Assembly (NCBI RefSeq): GCF_009834535.1 | Contig: NC_045697.1 | Span: forward strand, 94,242,001-94,306,000 | Direction of reading: 5' to 3' | Source of the DNA: Camelus ferus | Lineage: Eukaryota | DNA: 64,000 bases | In this document: positions 24,590-36,899 of the stretch, piece by piece | How positions within the stretch are numbered: the first letter of the stretch is position 1 | Layout of the letters: every line of letters starts with the position of its first letter | Translations under genes and position numbers: made by a program | The notes under the pieces: model-generated | What the model saw: only the letters and a program-made list of their open reading frames with translations | The model's database searches: none | What the model was told of the DNA's origin: nothing

Positions 24590-25240
24590 ATTTTTCAACC
24601 CCATAAAACTTGAGTCTATCTTTCATATTCCCTTGTCCGTTTGAGTATTTGTATTTTGCTTACTTCAAGTTGACTTTTGCATTTCAGCCATTTTGCTTAA
24701 GTGATATGTGTTGTCAACTTACTGTCTTTTTTTACAAAGTAGAGATTCTATTCATTTTGTGTATGTTTGCTTATGTTCAATCCAGTGATACATGTTTGGA
24801 AAGTGTTACATGCACTCTATTGTTTTCTTACTACGTTGAGCGAAGTGGATGAGGTGAATCAGTGCAGGGAGAGGCAGATACCACAGCACCACTGTTAACT
24901 AAGCTGGTTTGCTTTTACTCCACAAGGCAACGCTTCAAGGAATTCACGTGTTTTTCCCCTCTGGCTTAAATAACTTGTAATTCTATCATTCTGAGATGAC
25001 AGCTGGTAATATTTTGGTTTATAGCCTTTTAGACTTTTTCTGCATACATACACATATATGCCTATTGTAAAAAGTTGAATCATACCATAATAATACTGTT
25101 TTCACTTGATCATCTTTCTATATCGAAACTATCATCTTCAAAAATGGTCCCATTGAATTATACTTTATAGACATGGCCCAATATCATTAACTTGCATCCT
25201 TTTAAAAAAATCTTTGGACATGTTTCCAATTTAAATTTAT
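24590..25240 (-). mobile_element. old L1 (L1ME-like) 3' fragments, antisense
   Basis: T-rich TTTACAAAGTAGAGATTCTATTCATTTTGTGTATG and TTTTGGTTTATAGCCTTTAGACTTTTTCTGCATACAT blocks. Confidence 0.5.
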
Positions 25241-26229
25241 AGAAAGAAGAAGTATCAGAAAGACACAGTTGATATCAAACATGGGGGTGAAATGTAAAAT
25301 GGGCAGAGGGAGGATGTTCAGAATTCGTTGAGCCGACTTGATCTTGTTTCGTTCACTTTCTTACTCCCACCAAGTCTTTTATACAGTCTACATGTTTCTT
25401 TATAAATATCAGTAGGTGGACTATAGCTGCAGATTCCTGGGATAAAGGAACATGCACTAATTGTCCCTTTGCAGTGCCAGGGAGAAGTCAGAGCAAAATT
25501 TCTTTCAACCATTTTGTGATGGCTGTGTCTGGATTCAGGCTGCCCCAGGTTGCATCTAATTTCCAGAGCCCAGCTCAGCCTTCTGTATTCCCAGTATTGT
25601 GTTTGAGTTGAGTGTGTGTCTGTGTATGTGTGGTTGTTAGTTATTTAGATATAAATTTCCTTCTGATTTCTGTAGTTTCTTTAGGGTAAATATAAGGAAA
25701 AAGATTTAACAGTCTAGCTGATCAAATGCTATTATGTTGTACCAGCTCTTTCTAGTCATTCTTTGCTAAGTGAATCTTCTCATTTATTTTTAACTGTCCT
25801 ATGTTCTTATGCTGAATACATATTTTCCATATACCATGCATAGCTGAATTTTTCTTTATAACTCAAGTTTTCAGATATGTGACTTTTTGCATTTTAACAA
25901 GTAGGTCTAATCTATTTACATTTATTTTAGTATTTGGATATATTTCTAAAATCTGTGTTTTTTGTTTGTCAAGCTTTCTCTTCATTCTGCAGTTGTTGTT
26001 ATTATTACTTCTAAATGTTGCTAAAGTAGCTATCAAGGAATTTATGTTAAATAAGAAGCAAGGTAAACACACAGTGGAAGAGTGCAAGAGACACTAAACA
26101 GCTCTAAATCACTTAACCAATTAGCCCTCAATTAATTCATGTAAAACAAAGAGTAGGAGTCATATCAAAAATAATGTCTATTTCTAAAATTCCTTAATTC
26201 TGTAAACAAATGTAAAAAATTTGGAAACA

Positions 26230-26440
26230 AACTGGTGTAGCTGTTCAAAGTAAGGACTTTTGTCTAACAGGCCTGGGGAATTTGGATTTAGTTCTAACTC
26301 TGACATTCAGTAACCATGTGACTTTTTGCAAATTGTTTGGTCTCTGATCCTTTCTATCCTTAAATGTGAAATACTACTAATAATACTCAAGATATGGAGG
26401 TTTTTTAAAACTGTAAGAGATATTTTAATGCAAGGAAAGA
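26230..26440 (+). mobile_element. MIR SINE
   Basis: TTTGGATTTAGTTCTAACTCTGACATTCAGTAACCATGTGACTTTTTGCAAATTG...CTGATCCTTTCTATCCTTAAATGTG. Confidence 0.65.
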
Positions 26441-27739
26441 AGATTGGAAATCTTGCAAACATGATGGGAGTAGCTTCCAAATGTTTAAGGTAGAATGGCA
26501 TTGTGTGGGATCACACATGATAAGACTACATTGTAGGGAAAGCCAGTCATTGGAAATGTTCCTGTCTTTGCTATTCTTACTCAAAATTTCTACCAGTTAA
26601 TTAATTGAAGAAAGAGAAAATAGAAAATTCCCTTTATTATTTGTGTTGAAGTTTGGCTGAAATAAATATATGTATTGAGTTGCTGATAACATTTCCAAAT
26701 ATATAATTTAGAGGTTACTTAGTCTTGATTTTGTTTTGAAAATTGATTTGTACATAACAGTTGCATCACTTTTGAATCTCTATTATGTTTTGCCACCACA
26801 GCTTCCTTTATCACAACTTAACTTTTCATGCTTTCAATGTAGCCATATCTTAAACTCAGTTAATTAAATAATAACATTATTTAACATTGGTAATGTGTAT
26901 GTTACATATATATATATTCTAGCTTTATGATACAAGATAGGATATTAGTCTACTAAATATCTTTCATTTTAAAAATCAAATCCTTCCAAGGAAGCATAGT
27001 GTAACTAGTCATGAAATTGACACCATAGCTTTTCAGTTGAATGTGATACGTTTTATTTCTTGCTGTTTAATTGTGATTAGACAAACACTATTTACCATTT
27101 TTGGACTTGGGACTTGAAGTCTTGGTTGGACAATTTTTTTCACAATCTCTAAGAAAGCCACCTTACAACTCTATTTCACATAAATTAGCTATCTCAGCTG
27201 TGAAGATATATTATGCATAGATTTTTTTATTTAGTTGTAATACAGCAAGCAAGCAATTATAAAGCTATCAGTTTAGATCAGTCTGACTTATTATATTGGC
27301 TCAATGGATACAGGGTGCTGTCTGACGTTCTTAAGTTTCTCTGAAGTTTTTCTGTTCTAAATGAACTCTATTCTCCTTGTTAAAACTGAAGGACAGAGGG
27401 TCACAGAGATTGAACTCAATTGGAAAAAAATTAAACTGACTTTTGTTTCAGCTAATATAATGTGGCATGGATCTGGCATTTAATTCCCATTTGTTTACAA
27501 ATACCAGACGATATGGAGCTTCTGAAACCTCAGGAGGAACTCCTCTTAGAGAAGGAAAATATGTTAAAAGAAAAGTAAAAGTCTGTTTTATCTTTTTCCA
27601 TTTCAATACTCAAACTGTGATTTTATTTAATTCAATTTCTCTGTGTTAGAAATTTGAAATCAAATATTTATTTGACAAAATAAGCAACCTATAGAATTAG
27701 GCAACTGTCTAAATGAATAAAAATATATCCTTGTATGAA

Positions 27740-30380
27740 TATAATTTAGTTAATTAATTCTCTTATTAATGGACATTTTGGCTGTTTCCAGTTCTTTGCT
27801 ATTATGAAAGGGCTATTGTGAACATTCTCATATAAACTTTTAAGACATTTACTTCCATTTTTTGGGATAAATATCTTGGATTAGAATTAATGAGTTGTAG
27901 GGTAGGTGTATGTGTAATTGTAGTAAAATACAAGCCAAATTTTTTCCAAAGTGGTTTAGTATTTTGAAATTCTACCAAGAAGGTATGGAACTTCTGATTG
28001 TTCTGTATATTGGTCAATATTTGATGTATGTATGTTTTGTTTTAGTCATTTTCAGTGGATGTATAGCAGTAGCTCATTGTGGTTTTTATTTGCATTATAC
28101 TGATGTCTGACAATACTACACTGTTGACACTTTTTCATATGCTTATTGGCCATTTCTATATCTTCTTTTGTGAGGTGTCTGTTCAAAGATTTTGCTCATT
28201 TTCATTTTTGGGCTGTTTGTCTTTTTTACTATTGAGTTGTAGTTGGTCTTAGTACCCTATGATCCTTAGATACCAAAATACTTTGTCAAAAATATGTGTT
28301 TGTGAGTACAACCTTCTTTATTTACTTTCTTAATGTTTTTAGTCAATGAGTGTAAGTTTTTAACTTTAGTAAAATCTGATTTATCATTTAAAAAATTATT
28401 TATTTCTGTAACTTGTCTAGGAAATATTTACCAAACCCTCCAAATCAAGAAAATATACTCATAAGTTTTCCGGTTTTAAGTTTTATGTATAAGTCTGTGT
28501 TCCACCTCAATTTAAGATTTTTTTTTTGTAGAATCCAAGGCGGACATCAGAGTTACTATTATTATGCTTATATACATATCCAGTAATTCCAACAATATTT
28601 GTTGAAAAGACTTATCTGCTTCATCTAGCTTGCTTTGGAGCCTAAGTTGAAAATTAAATTATGTAAATTTTCATGGGTCTATTTATGGGTTCTCCATTTT
28701 GTTTTATTGATGTGTGGATTGATTTTTATGGCAAAACTGCATTCTCTTGATTACTGTCGCTTTATAATAAGGTTTGAAAAAGCTAGTCTAAATACTCCAG
28801 ATTTGTTTTTCAATATGGCTTTCAACATTCCAGGCTCTTTGCTTTTCCATACACATTTTAGAATCAGATTGTCAATTACTACAAAAAAAAAACTTGATTA
28901 GCTTTTGATTTGACATTGTATTGAATCTATATATCAAATTGAGAGGAATTGACATCTTAGCAATATGGAGTCTTGGAATCCATGAGAATAACTTTTCCCA
29001 CTATTTATTCAGATCTTAAATGTAGAGAGGTCTTGGCTCATGTTTTGTTAAATTTATTTCTAAATTCTTTATGTTCCTTGACACTCAATAGAATTTGGAA
29101 AAAAAAGTGTTGATAGTGTAAAAAAGATAATTGCTTTCTGTTTATTAATCTTGAATCTTGATAGCTTACTGAATTCACTGATTAGTTCTGGTAATATACT
29201 GTAAATTTCTGATGATTTTATATGTAAGCAACATTCCTTCTGCAAATAGGTTTACTTCTACTCTCTTATCTTTGTGCCTTTATTTCTAACTTTCTGGTGG
29301 CCAAGAGCTCGACAGAAGCAGTGAGAATGGGTATTTTTTTTCTTGTTCCCCACTTCAGAGAAGGAATTAAAATTTTCAGCATTAAATGTGATATTAACCT
29401 TAGGTATTTCATGAATGTCCTTTTTGAGGTAGAGAACTTTTCCTTTTATTACTAAATTGCTACAAGTTTTTATTTTGAAGGAGTGTCAAATTTTATCAAA
29501 TGCTTTTTTCTCACTTATTGATCTTTAATGTGTACTTTTTCTTTGTTATTCTGTTAATACAATGAACAACATCAATTGATTTTGGAAAGTTCAATCGATC
29601 TAACATTCCTGTGACAAAGTCTATTGGCTGTAGTACATTACCCTTTTATATTTTGCTGGATTTGATTTTCTAAAATAGTGTTAGATAATTTTGCATATAG
29701 ATTGATGGAGATATATCAGTCTCTAGTAATAATTTGATTTTAATTTTTTTATTTTGAAATTATTTCCCTCCTTCTCTATATTGTGAAAGACCTTGCATAA
29801 GATTGATATTATTTCTTCCTTAAATGTTTGAAATAATTTACCAGTGACATCATCTGGTCCTGGAGTTTTCTTGTTGGGGAAAGTTTATGTAAATGGGTTC
29901 AATTTATTTACCTGACATAGGGTTATTTCAGATTTTGTCCTTTGCTGTCTGTCAGTTCTGGTAAGTTACATTTTTCAAGAAAATTGCCCATTTGATCTAA
30001 ATTATTGAAGTTGTCAGGAGAAAATTGTTCATAATGCTCTTATTCTATATATGCCTATACTACTTGTACTGATAACCACTCTTTAATGATTGATACTGGT
30101 TTAATTTGTCTTCTTACTATCGCTTTTCTTGATCAATCAACTTAGAAGTTTATAAATTTTGTTACTCTTTACGACAAAGAAATTTTCTCTGTTGAAATAT
30201 TCTACTGGTTGTCTGTTTTCTATTTAATTTATTTCTGCATTTAACTTCAGTATTTCCTTGGGATTTATTTTGTTGTTGCTGTTTTGGTAGTAAGATATAA
30301 AAATCAAAACAAGTGGTTAGTGGTACTAGTCAAATCATCTGTATCTTAACGATTTTTTGATTAGTTGTTCTATAAATCAT
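27740..30380 (-). mobile_element. old L1 (L1MB/MC/MD-like): 3' UTR and ORF2 relic, antisense
   Basis: Classic antisense L1 blocks: TTTTTCATATGCTTATTGGCCATTTCTATATCTTCTTTTGTGAGGTGTCTGTTCAAA; CAACAATATTTGTTGAAAAGAC; TTGTATTGAATCTATATATCAAATTGAGAGGAATTGACATCTT; CCAGTGACATCATCTGGTCCTGGAGTTTTC. Confidence 0.9.
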
Positions 30381-30439
30381 TATTTTTATGAAAAATATGA
30401 CATATTTCATAAAAATAATGATTGATTTATAGAACAGCT

Positions 30440-31280
30440 TTGTATATAGAATAATTGGATTCTATCCTGAACATTGTTAAGTGATGCTTGTGAAAAATTG
30501 GTGAGTTTTTGGTTTGTATGTTTTAGTCATACTCAGTGTCATAGTCAAAAGGTCATACTCAAAATACAAAATCTCCCGTAGGCAACTAACAAATCCCAGG
30601 TTGGTTCTTTTCCCTCTAGCTGAAGTTTGTCTCTAGCTTACACAGTTCACAGGAAGTCAGAGTTCCAGCAGAGTTTGCATACAGAATTTGGGGCTGCTTC
30701 ACTCTGATTCTCTCTTTTCTCAGATTCGTCCTTCATTTTATTATAGCTGCTATCATTGCCTCAAACTCTGTCTTCTCCTTTTTCTAGCAGAAGACACTGC
30801 ACTTTATTTTAAAAAAACGAAGTATAGTTGATTTAGAGTGTTTCAGGTATGCAGCAGTGTGACTCAGTTTTTATATATATATATATATATATTTCAGATT
30901 CTTTTCCATTCTAGGTTAGTACAAGCTATTGAATATCATTCCCTGTGCTATACAGAAGCCCCTTGTTGTTTATCTATTTTATATACAGTAGTGTACTGCA
31001 CTTTAGAGCACGGTTTTAACCGCTATTTTTGTACCACAGAGATCTTGAAGCTTAAAGTTGGTAAACAACAGTGAAACTAGTCTGAGCCATTTCCTTCTTT
31101 CGATATTTGAATCCTCTCCTTACTCTGCTATATTTGTACCCTCTCTGGTGCCTTTGGACTTTGTGCAGAGTGATCTCTGTGAGGATAGGTCTAGTGGAAG
31201 CTTTCCCAGACATACTAGAAGGGGTATTTTTTTTTTTTCACTAATTTTACTAATTCCAAAAGACTCATTGTACTGATACT
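30440..31280 (-). mobile_element. probable 5' region of an old L1 (antisense), interrupted by a young L1 3' end
   Basis: GGATTCTATCCTGAACATTGTTAAGTGATGCTTGTG; CAGAGTTTGCATACAGAATTTGGGGCT; CTCTGGTGCCTTTGGAC resemble antisense L1M 5' sequence. Confidence 0.5.
30807..30994 (-). mobile_element. 5'-truncated L1 3' end (cetartiodactyl type) with 11-bp TSD
   Basis: GAAGTATAGTTGATTTA..TTTCAGGT..CAGCAGTGTGACTCAGTT(TA)n TTTCAGATTCTTTTCCATT..TTCCCTGTGCTATACAG. Perfect TSD ACTGCACTTTA at 30796-30806 and 30995-31005. Confidence 0.9.
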
Positions 31281-31483
31281 CTAATTGTTTAAAAGTTTAG
31301 TTATATTTAGAGCAAGATAGAATATACATGGTAAACTTATTCTTTGACAGTCAACCATTTCAAGTATTAAAAGAGAAACAGATTTTATTATTTGACCTGT
31401 TGTTTTATATGTAATTCAATTGGAAGTTGCCATTTATGTATCCTGTGCTAATTTTTGACAATGTTCTATAAATTTGTCCAGAA

Positions 31484-31753
31484 CAAGAATTGGCCAACTG
31501 TGGTTTTCAAGTTTTATCTGGCTCGCTGCCTATTTTTGTAAATATTTTTAATTTGAGCGCAGTTTTTCATTTATTTATTGAACGCCTTACTCATTTATGT
31601 GCTGTCTCAAAGTGCCTTCTCACTGTGCTAGCAGCGTTGAGTGGCTGAGAGAGAGACCATAGAGCCTGCAAAATCTACAATATTTACTCTTTATAAAAAG
31701 CCCCAAATACGTACTCTTCCTACAGACTTTACAGAAAAGCTTTGCTAAACACA
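31484..31753 (+). mobile_element. MER58-like hAT-Charlie MITE
   Basis: CAAGAATTGGCCAAC...GCTGCCTATTTTTGTAAATA...GAGACCATAGAGCCTGCAAAATCTACAATATTTACT...CTTTACAGAAAAGCTTTGC. Flanks GTCCAGAA/ATCTAGAA fit an 8-bp Charlie-type TSD. Confidence 0.8.
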
Positions 31754-33639
31754 ATCTAGAACAGAAAATAAACATCTTAAGGTGATTTTTTTGCTAATAG
31801 GAAGGTCCAGAACATGTGCAAATTGTTGCAGCTTGTATACAGGTGACAGATCATGCTTCGTTCTTGTTAGAAAGCAACACTGTAAGACTTCATTTAGCTT
31901 TACTAGTCCCTCCCCAAGCCATTGAAGTATAAATCATAAGACTGCTTTATTTGACCATAATTATTATTGTATTTTACTGTAACGATTTCAAGCTTTTATA
32001 AAATAGAATTAATAATACCTTCAGCTGTCATATTATGTGTATATTAGCATGTTCAAAATGTAATTTAAAGAAATTATAATGTATTTTCTTTATGGTATGG
32101 AACTCACTTACATAGCTAGGAAGGACTCTTTTTCATTAGTCTCTATGCCTTTAGTTTCATCATGTTGCCTATTTGCTGGTATTTCAGTATTGTGCGCTTC
32201 AAAGCACATTCCTTATGGTTATAAGGAATCTAGTAATGACTTATTTCTCGTAATGGATGGTTAAACAATTATAGTAATATATTTCTCAGAGCCAGTTTCT
32301 CTTTCAAGAAGATTTTCTTTAGTCATTGATCAGGCAGACATTCTCTAATATGCATCCTATAATTTATTTTTCTGGTGGACTTTGTCACTGAGATGAGTTG
32401 GAGATTTAAAAAGTACAAAGCAAAACAAAAAGAAAGAAGAAAATTTACCTTAATTGTTCATCATCACTATAGTGATTTTTCTAGGTCAATAAAAATAAAA
32501 AAAAATTTTTTTAAATTCCTATAAGAAATCTTAAATATGTAATACTCTCTTGAGGATAAGGTTTGAATACAGGCTTTTAAAGAAATATGTTGTGTTTCAC
32601 ATATGAAACTCAACCTTAGGTAATTTTTCTTTTAGACTTTTATTGACTTGGTCTATCTTTTGAGCAGGACAGAAGGGAATGCAGTGAAAAGCACTATCTG
32701 TTCACCTAATATTCTTATTACTTGTATTTTATCCCACTTTTAACCTCTAATCTTAAGATTCATTTGAATATTAGCATTTGTAAAGTTACATGGCTCTGTA
32801 TTTCTTCCAACCAATTTCCTTTCTGAAAGATATTGAATTACCTTTCACAGGGTCAACCTAAAAAAAATCACAGGATACAATAAATCCATTTAATCTCCCT
32901 ATGTCCACATTTAGCCTTAATATCCTTACTCATTTTTGAATACAAATATCCAGAATAAAATTTTATTTTCTTCAGAGCAGAGAAATACGTTCTGTGGCTT
33001 TCATGTTTAACAACTCAACAACCTTTTGCTGAAGATTAAATACTTCATTGTGTCTACAGGCAGATGCATATTTATTACTCGTGAGGCAGTGGTATTTGAA
33101 ATAAATGTAACTGAATGACTCTGTGAAATAGTTTCTGAAATCCGTATGTCATGAGTTGCTCTATCTCAAAGGAAAAGAAAATATTTCCAATCCCCACTAG
33201 GAGAAGAACAGTCCATGTGAGACACACCAAGGATACAAAAGTGAAGGACATTTTAATACTGGTCATTGTGGCTCAATTCCATTTTTGCTGTTGGTCTGAA
33301 TTCTTGGAATCATAAAAATAGTTCTCCATATTTATTTTTTTAAGGCTGAAAGTATCTATCTGGAGTTTTAATTTCATGTATTATAATTTTATACTTCCTT
33401 CAAGTCTACTAGTTAATCATCTTCGCCATATGACTATTTGCCAAAGTAAGCTTGAATGTTAAACATATATTATATTTATATTTAATATTCATGTGGCATA
33501 TATATATATTTGAGTCATTTATACTATTAATTTTAAACTTCACTCCCACTATACTGGCCTCCATATTTTTCTGAGATAAATCCCAGGACATGACTACATC
33601 TAGGTCTTTTCTTTTACCCTTCCCTCTACCTAGAATATT

Positions 33640-33970
33640 TTACCAAATATGTGTGCAAGATTTTCCCCTCTTTCTGAAAGTCTCTACTCAAAATGCCCTC
33701 ATAGAAATGTCACCCGTGACTCATATTCTCTTTCCCTATTTCCTTCCTTCATTATGTTTCCATAGTTTTATCACCCACTGCATGTTGTCTTCATTTGCTT
33801 GTCCATTGTCTGCCTTCCCTCACTAGAATGTAGCTGCATGAAAGAAGGGACTAAACATATATATATCTATGATTTTATATATATATAGATATAGATTCTA
33901 AATATATATCTTCACAGACTTACAATAATATGTGGAACAAAACAAGTAGATTGCTTGAATGTTGAATAAA
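33640..33970 (+). mobile_element. L2 3' end with an internal (TA)n tract
   Basis: TTGTCTGCCTTCCCTCACTAGAATGTAGCTGCATGAAAGAAGGGAC ... TTGCTTGAATGTTGAATAAA. Confidence 0.75.
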
Positions 33971-35714
33971 TCTTTTTTTGGTGCATGCTGAAGATCAAGT
34001 TAAACACCCTGAAATTATTTATGTATGTATTTTATAATTGAATTATAAATTTAAAAAGTAACTAAATTATTATAATTAGAAAATAATTTAAAATTCTTCA
34101 TGTAAAATAGTCATCTTTCAAAAATACTTTTTAAGAAGTTCTTCAAAAATGAGGCCATACCTATACTTGCAATAACTCCTTAATCAGAAAGCAACTTGTA
34201 GTCTCAACAATACTTATCAACAGTGTGTTAATATTCAATTTAAGACTGAATGCACAAAAATGTTAAATAAAATCACAGTTTAGTGAAAATGTCAAAGATG
34301 TGTATGAATATATTTAAGTGAAAAAAGCAGATAAATGAATAAAAGTCAATGTTTTGTTGCTTAAAAAGATAAATTACAATTATCTGTGAATTTAGTTGAT
34401 ATAAAGAGTCTAATTTCTTATCACTGACTATTTTGTTTTGCCAGTCAAATTTTAAGGTAAACAAGTATGTAAGATAATGCTTGATGATGCCTAACTTCCT
34501 ATCATCAAATATTTTTACTTGTGTAGAAATATTTTATCTTTCTCTCAAAGTTTTTATGGTTCCAGACTGGCAGCAGAGTTAGAATTACATCTTTTTAACA
34601 ACAATAACAGCAACACAAACAGAATCACTTCTTCATTTTAAGAGGTGACCATGCTTCTTAGGGCAATGTTTGGCTACAACAAAAACGATTAGTTACTGAG
34701 TTATAAAAGTTGAGCTGAGAACTAAATCCAGAGGTATCTTTTCCAATTCCATTTATCTCTTCTTTTTCATTTTTACCTAAATAATTTTCACCATACAACC
34801 ATATTATATCTGTGGATGGTTTTCTTTGTCCATATTTCAGACATTTCAAGAATCCTGCTTCTCTATTGTCTTATGTGCGTGTGTGTTTCTTAAACAAACC
34901 ACATGATTCCTTTGCCATGTTCTCATGACGAAATTCATCTCTGCAAATCTCAGTGATTTCCCTAAAATTTTATATATTTATTGATTTCAGATTTACATTT
35001 TTAGTCATTATACTCTAAGGTAGTATACCGAGAACTTAATATCATTTGTGAGTAGCTTTTAAGTATTTTTCACCTAAAAATCATTGAGTAACCACTCTAT
35101 AGAATTTTTGTGTATTGAATTGAATATTGTTCTTACTTTGTGTGATTTTGTAGATTTCTTTTTTCCTTGAACTTTTCTTGTCTTCCCTATAATTTCCCTA
35201 AAATTCTCTGGATCAGATTTGGAAAATTAGAATATTGGCAAAACTATCTGGATGTTTTCTAGATCTTTTTAGGTCATGGTACATTTTCAATATTATGATT
35301 TCTGGCAATATACTAGAAGGAATCACTAGTTAGGTCAGTAATGATTATAACATAACATTCCTACAGTGTAGCAAAAATCTCACCATGTTCTTGTGTGTGT
35401 ATGTGTGCAGCCACTATTATATATTATTCATTCTTGCTACATGCGTTTCAGTGTTTATTTCTCTGACTTTAATGTATGACGTATTCATACAGCAAATTTT
35501 AGTCTCCATAAGTAGATGATTTTTTTCATGAACTTGGTGTTTTGCCGCTTATTTTAAATCTTACTGCGTATTATACTTCATTCTATCCAGCATTGTACAA
35601 CTTGCTCAGTTCAAAAATCCATCTGACAGATATTTGTATAATAATATATACCTTGTGTTGTTCAGAAAAAAGATTTTGTGAAAGTCCTGCATTTTGCAAC
35701 TATGCCATGGCATG

Positions 35715-35970
35715 TATGTGGAGAACTGTTGGTTAAGAATCCTTGCTTTTAAGTCAGTTATGCTTGTATTTGAATCTGATCTGCCAATTATACAATGTCC
35801 TTTGTCAACTTAGAAATCCCCTCCATGATTCCACTATTTTTCAATAAAACTTGTTTTTTTTAATAGTATCTGCATTTTGTGGCAAGATATATGTCAAATG
35901 AATCATATATTTAAAGTTTTAGCAAATTGACTATCAGTAAGTGCTAATATAATGTTAGCTAATATTATTA
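35715..35970 (+). mobile_element. MIR SINE
   Basis: GTTGGTTAAGAATCCTTGCTTTTAAGTCAG...TTTGAATCTGATCTGCCAATTA...AGTAAGTGCTAATATAATGTTAGCTAATATTATT. Confidence 0.7.
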
Positions 35971-36288
35971 TAATTATAGATATAGCTCTGAAGTTCCTAT
36001 TAACTCTGCTCTTTTCCTAACTCCATAAAATGTCCTTGAACTTTATCATTTCAACACTACAAATTACTGTGTGAAATACAAAATTCAAATTTTTGTTACC
36101 TACCACTTAGCAGGCTGCATATTTCTTATAATCACCTTCCTATTTCTAAGTTAAAACTTGCCCAATAACACTGCATGGATCCTTCAAGTTCTTGACTCAG
36201 AACTTCAAAATACTGAAGATTTGTACTTCCACATCACCAGTATTCACTGGCACTTCATAGACTTTCTGTTATATGTTAAAAACAATAG

Positions 36289-36368
36289 ATGACTGAAGCA
36301 TTATGCTGTACACCAGAAATTGACACAACATTGTAAACTGACTATACTTCAATAAAAATATATATACC
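36289..36368 (+). mobile_element. very short (~80 bp) camelid-type L1 3' end with probable TSD
   Basis: ATGACTGAAGCATTATGCTGTACACCAGAAATTGACACAACATTGTAAACTGACTATACTTCAATAAAAA. Flanked by AAACAATAGATGA and AAAAAATAGATGA. Confidence 0.85.
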
Positions 36369-36371
36369 AAA

Positions 36372-36500
36372 AAATAGATGAAAGAGAGAAGGAAGGAAGG
36401 AAAGATAGAAAAAGAGAGAGAAAGAAAGGAAAGAAAGAAAGAAAGGGAAGAAAAAGAAGAAGGGAGAATGAGGAAGGAAGGAGAGAAGAAAGAAAACAAA
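36372..36500. repeat. purine-rich low-complexity tract (GGAA/GAAA/GA)
   Basis: About 125 nt, almost exclusively A/G on the + strand. Confidence 0.9.
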
Positions 36501-36899
36501 GACAAGGCTTATCTCAGAAGTGATATACTGGCTCCATCAGTTACATAATTTGCTGTCTCTTTATCCATCAACTGTATTTACCAACTCGCATACCTGCCTC
36601 TTTCTTGTACGTCAGCAGACAAGATCATTTCTGTCAGCTATCAACAATTAATTCTGCAAGCAACTTTTTTGGAAGGTTTGAATTTATTGTCCATGAGTCA
36701 AATTTCAAATCTTATACCTTTAAAAAAAAAGTGGTTTTTTTTAGTAGTGATTTGAATATGCACTTTCTACTTGACTTTTTGACCCTCTGACTCTGCACCA
36801 AATATACAATTTTATATTATCTCACAGATTGATGTAAACAAATTTCTAGAATGATTCTTAGAAACATGGAAAACAGAGGTTCACACCAAGTAAGAGAAA

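Noticed and set aside
27452..27577. Exon-like segment after TTTTGTTTCAG reading ...DDMELLKPQEELLLEKENMLKEK
   Set aside because: In-frame TAA immediately after the acceptor and at the end, weak donor, no recognised homologue.
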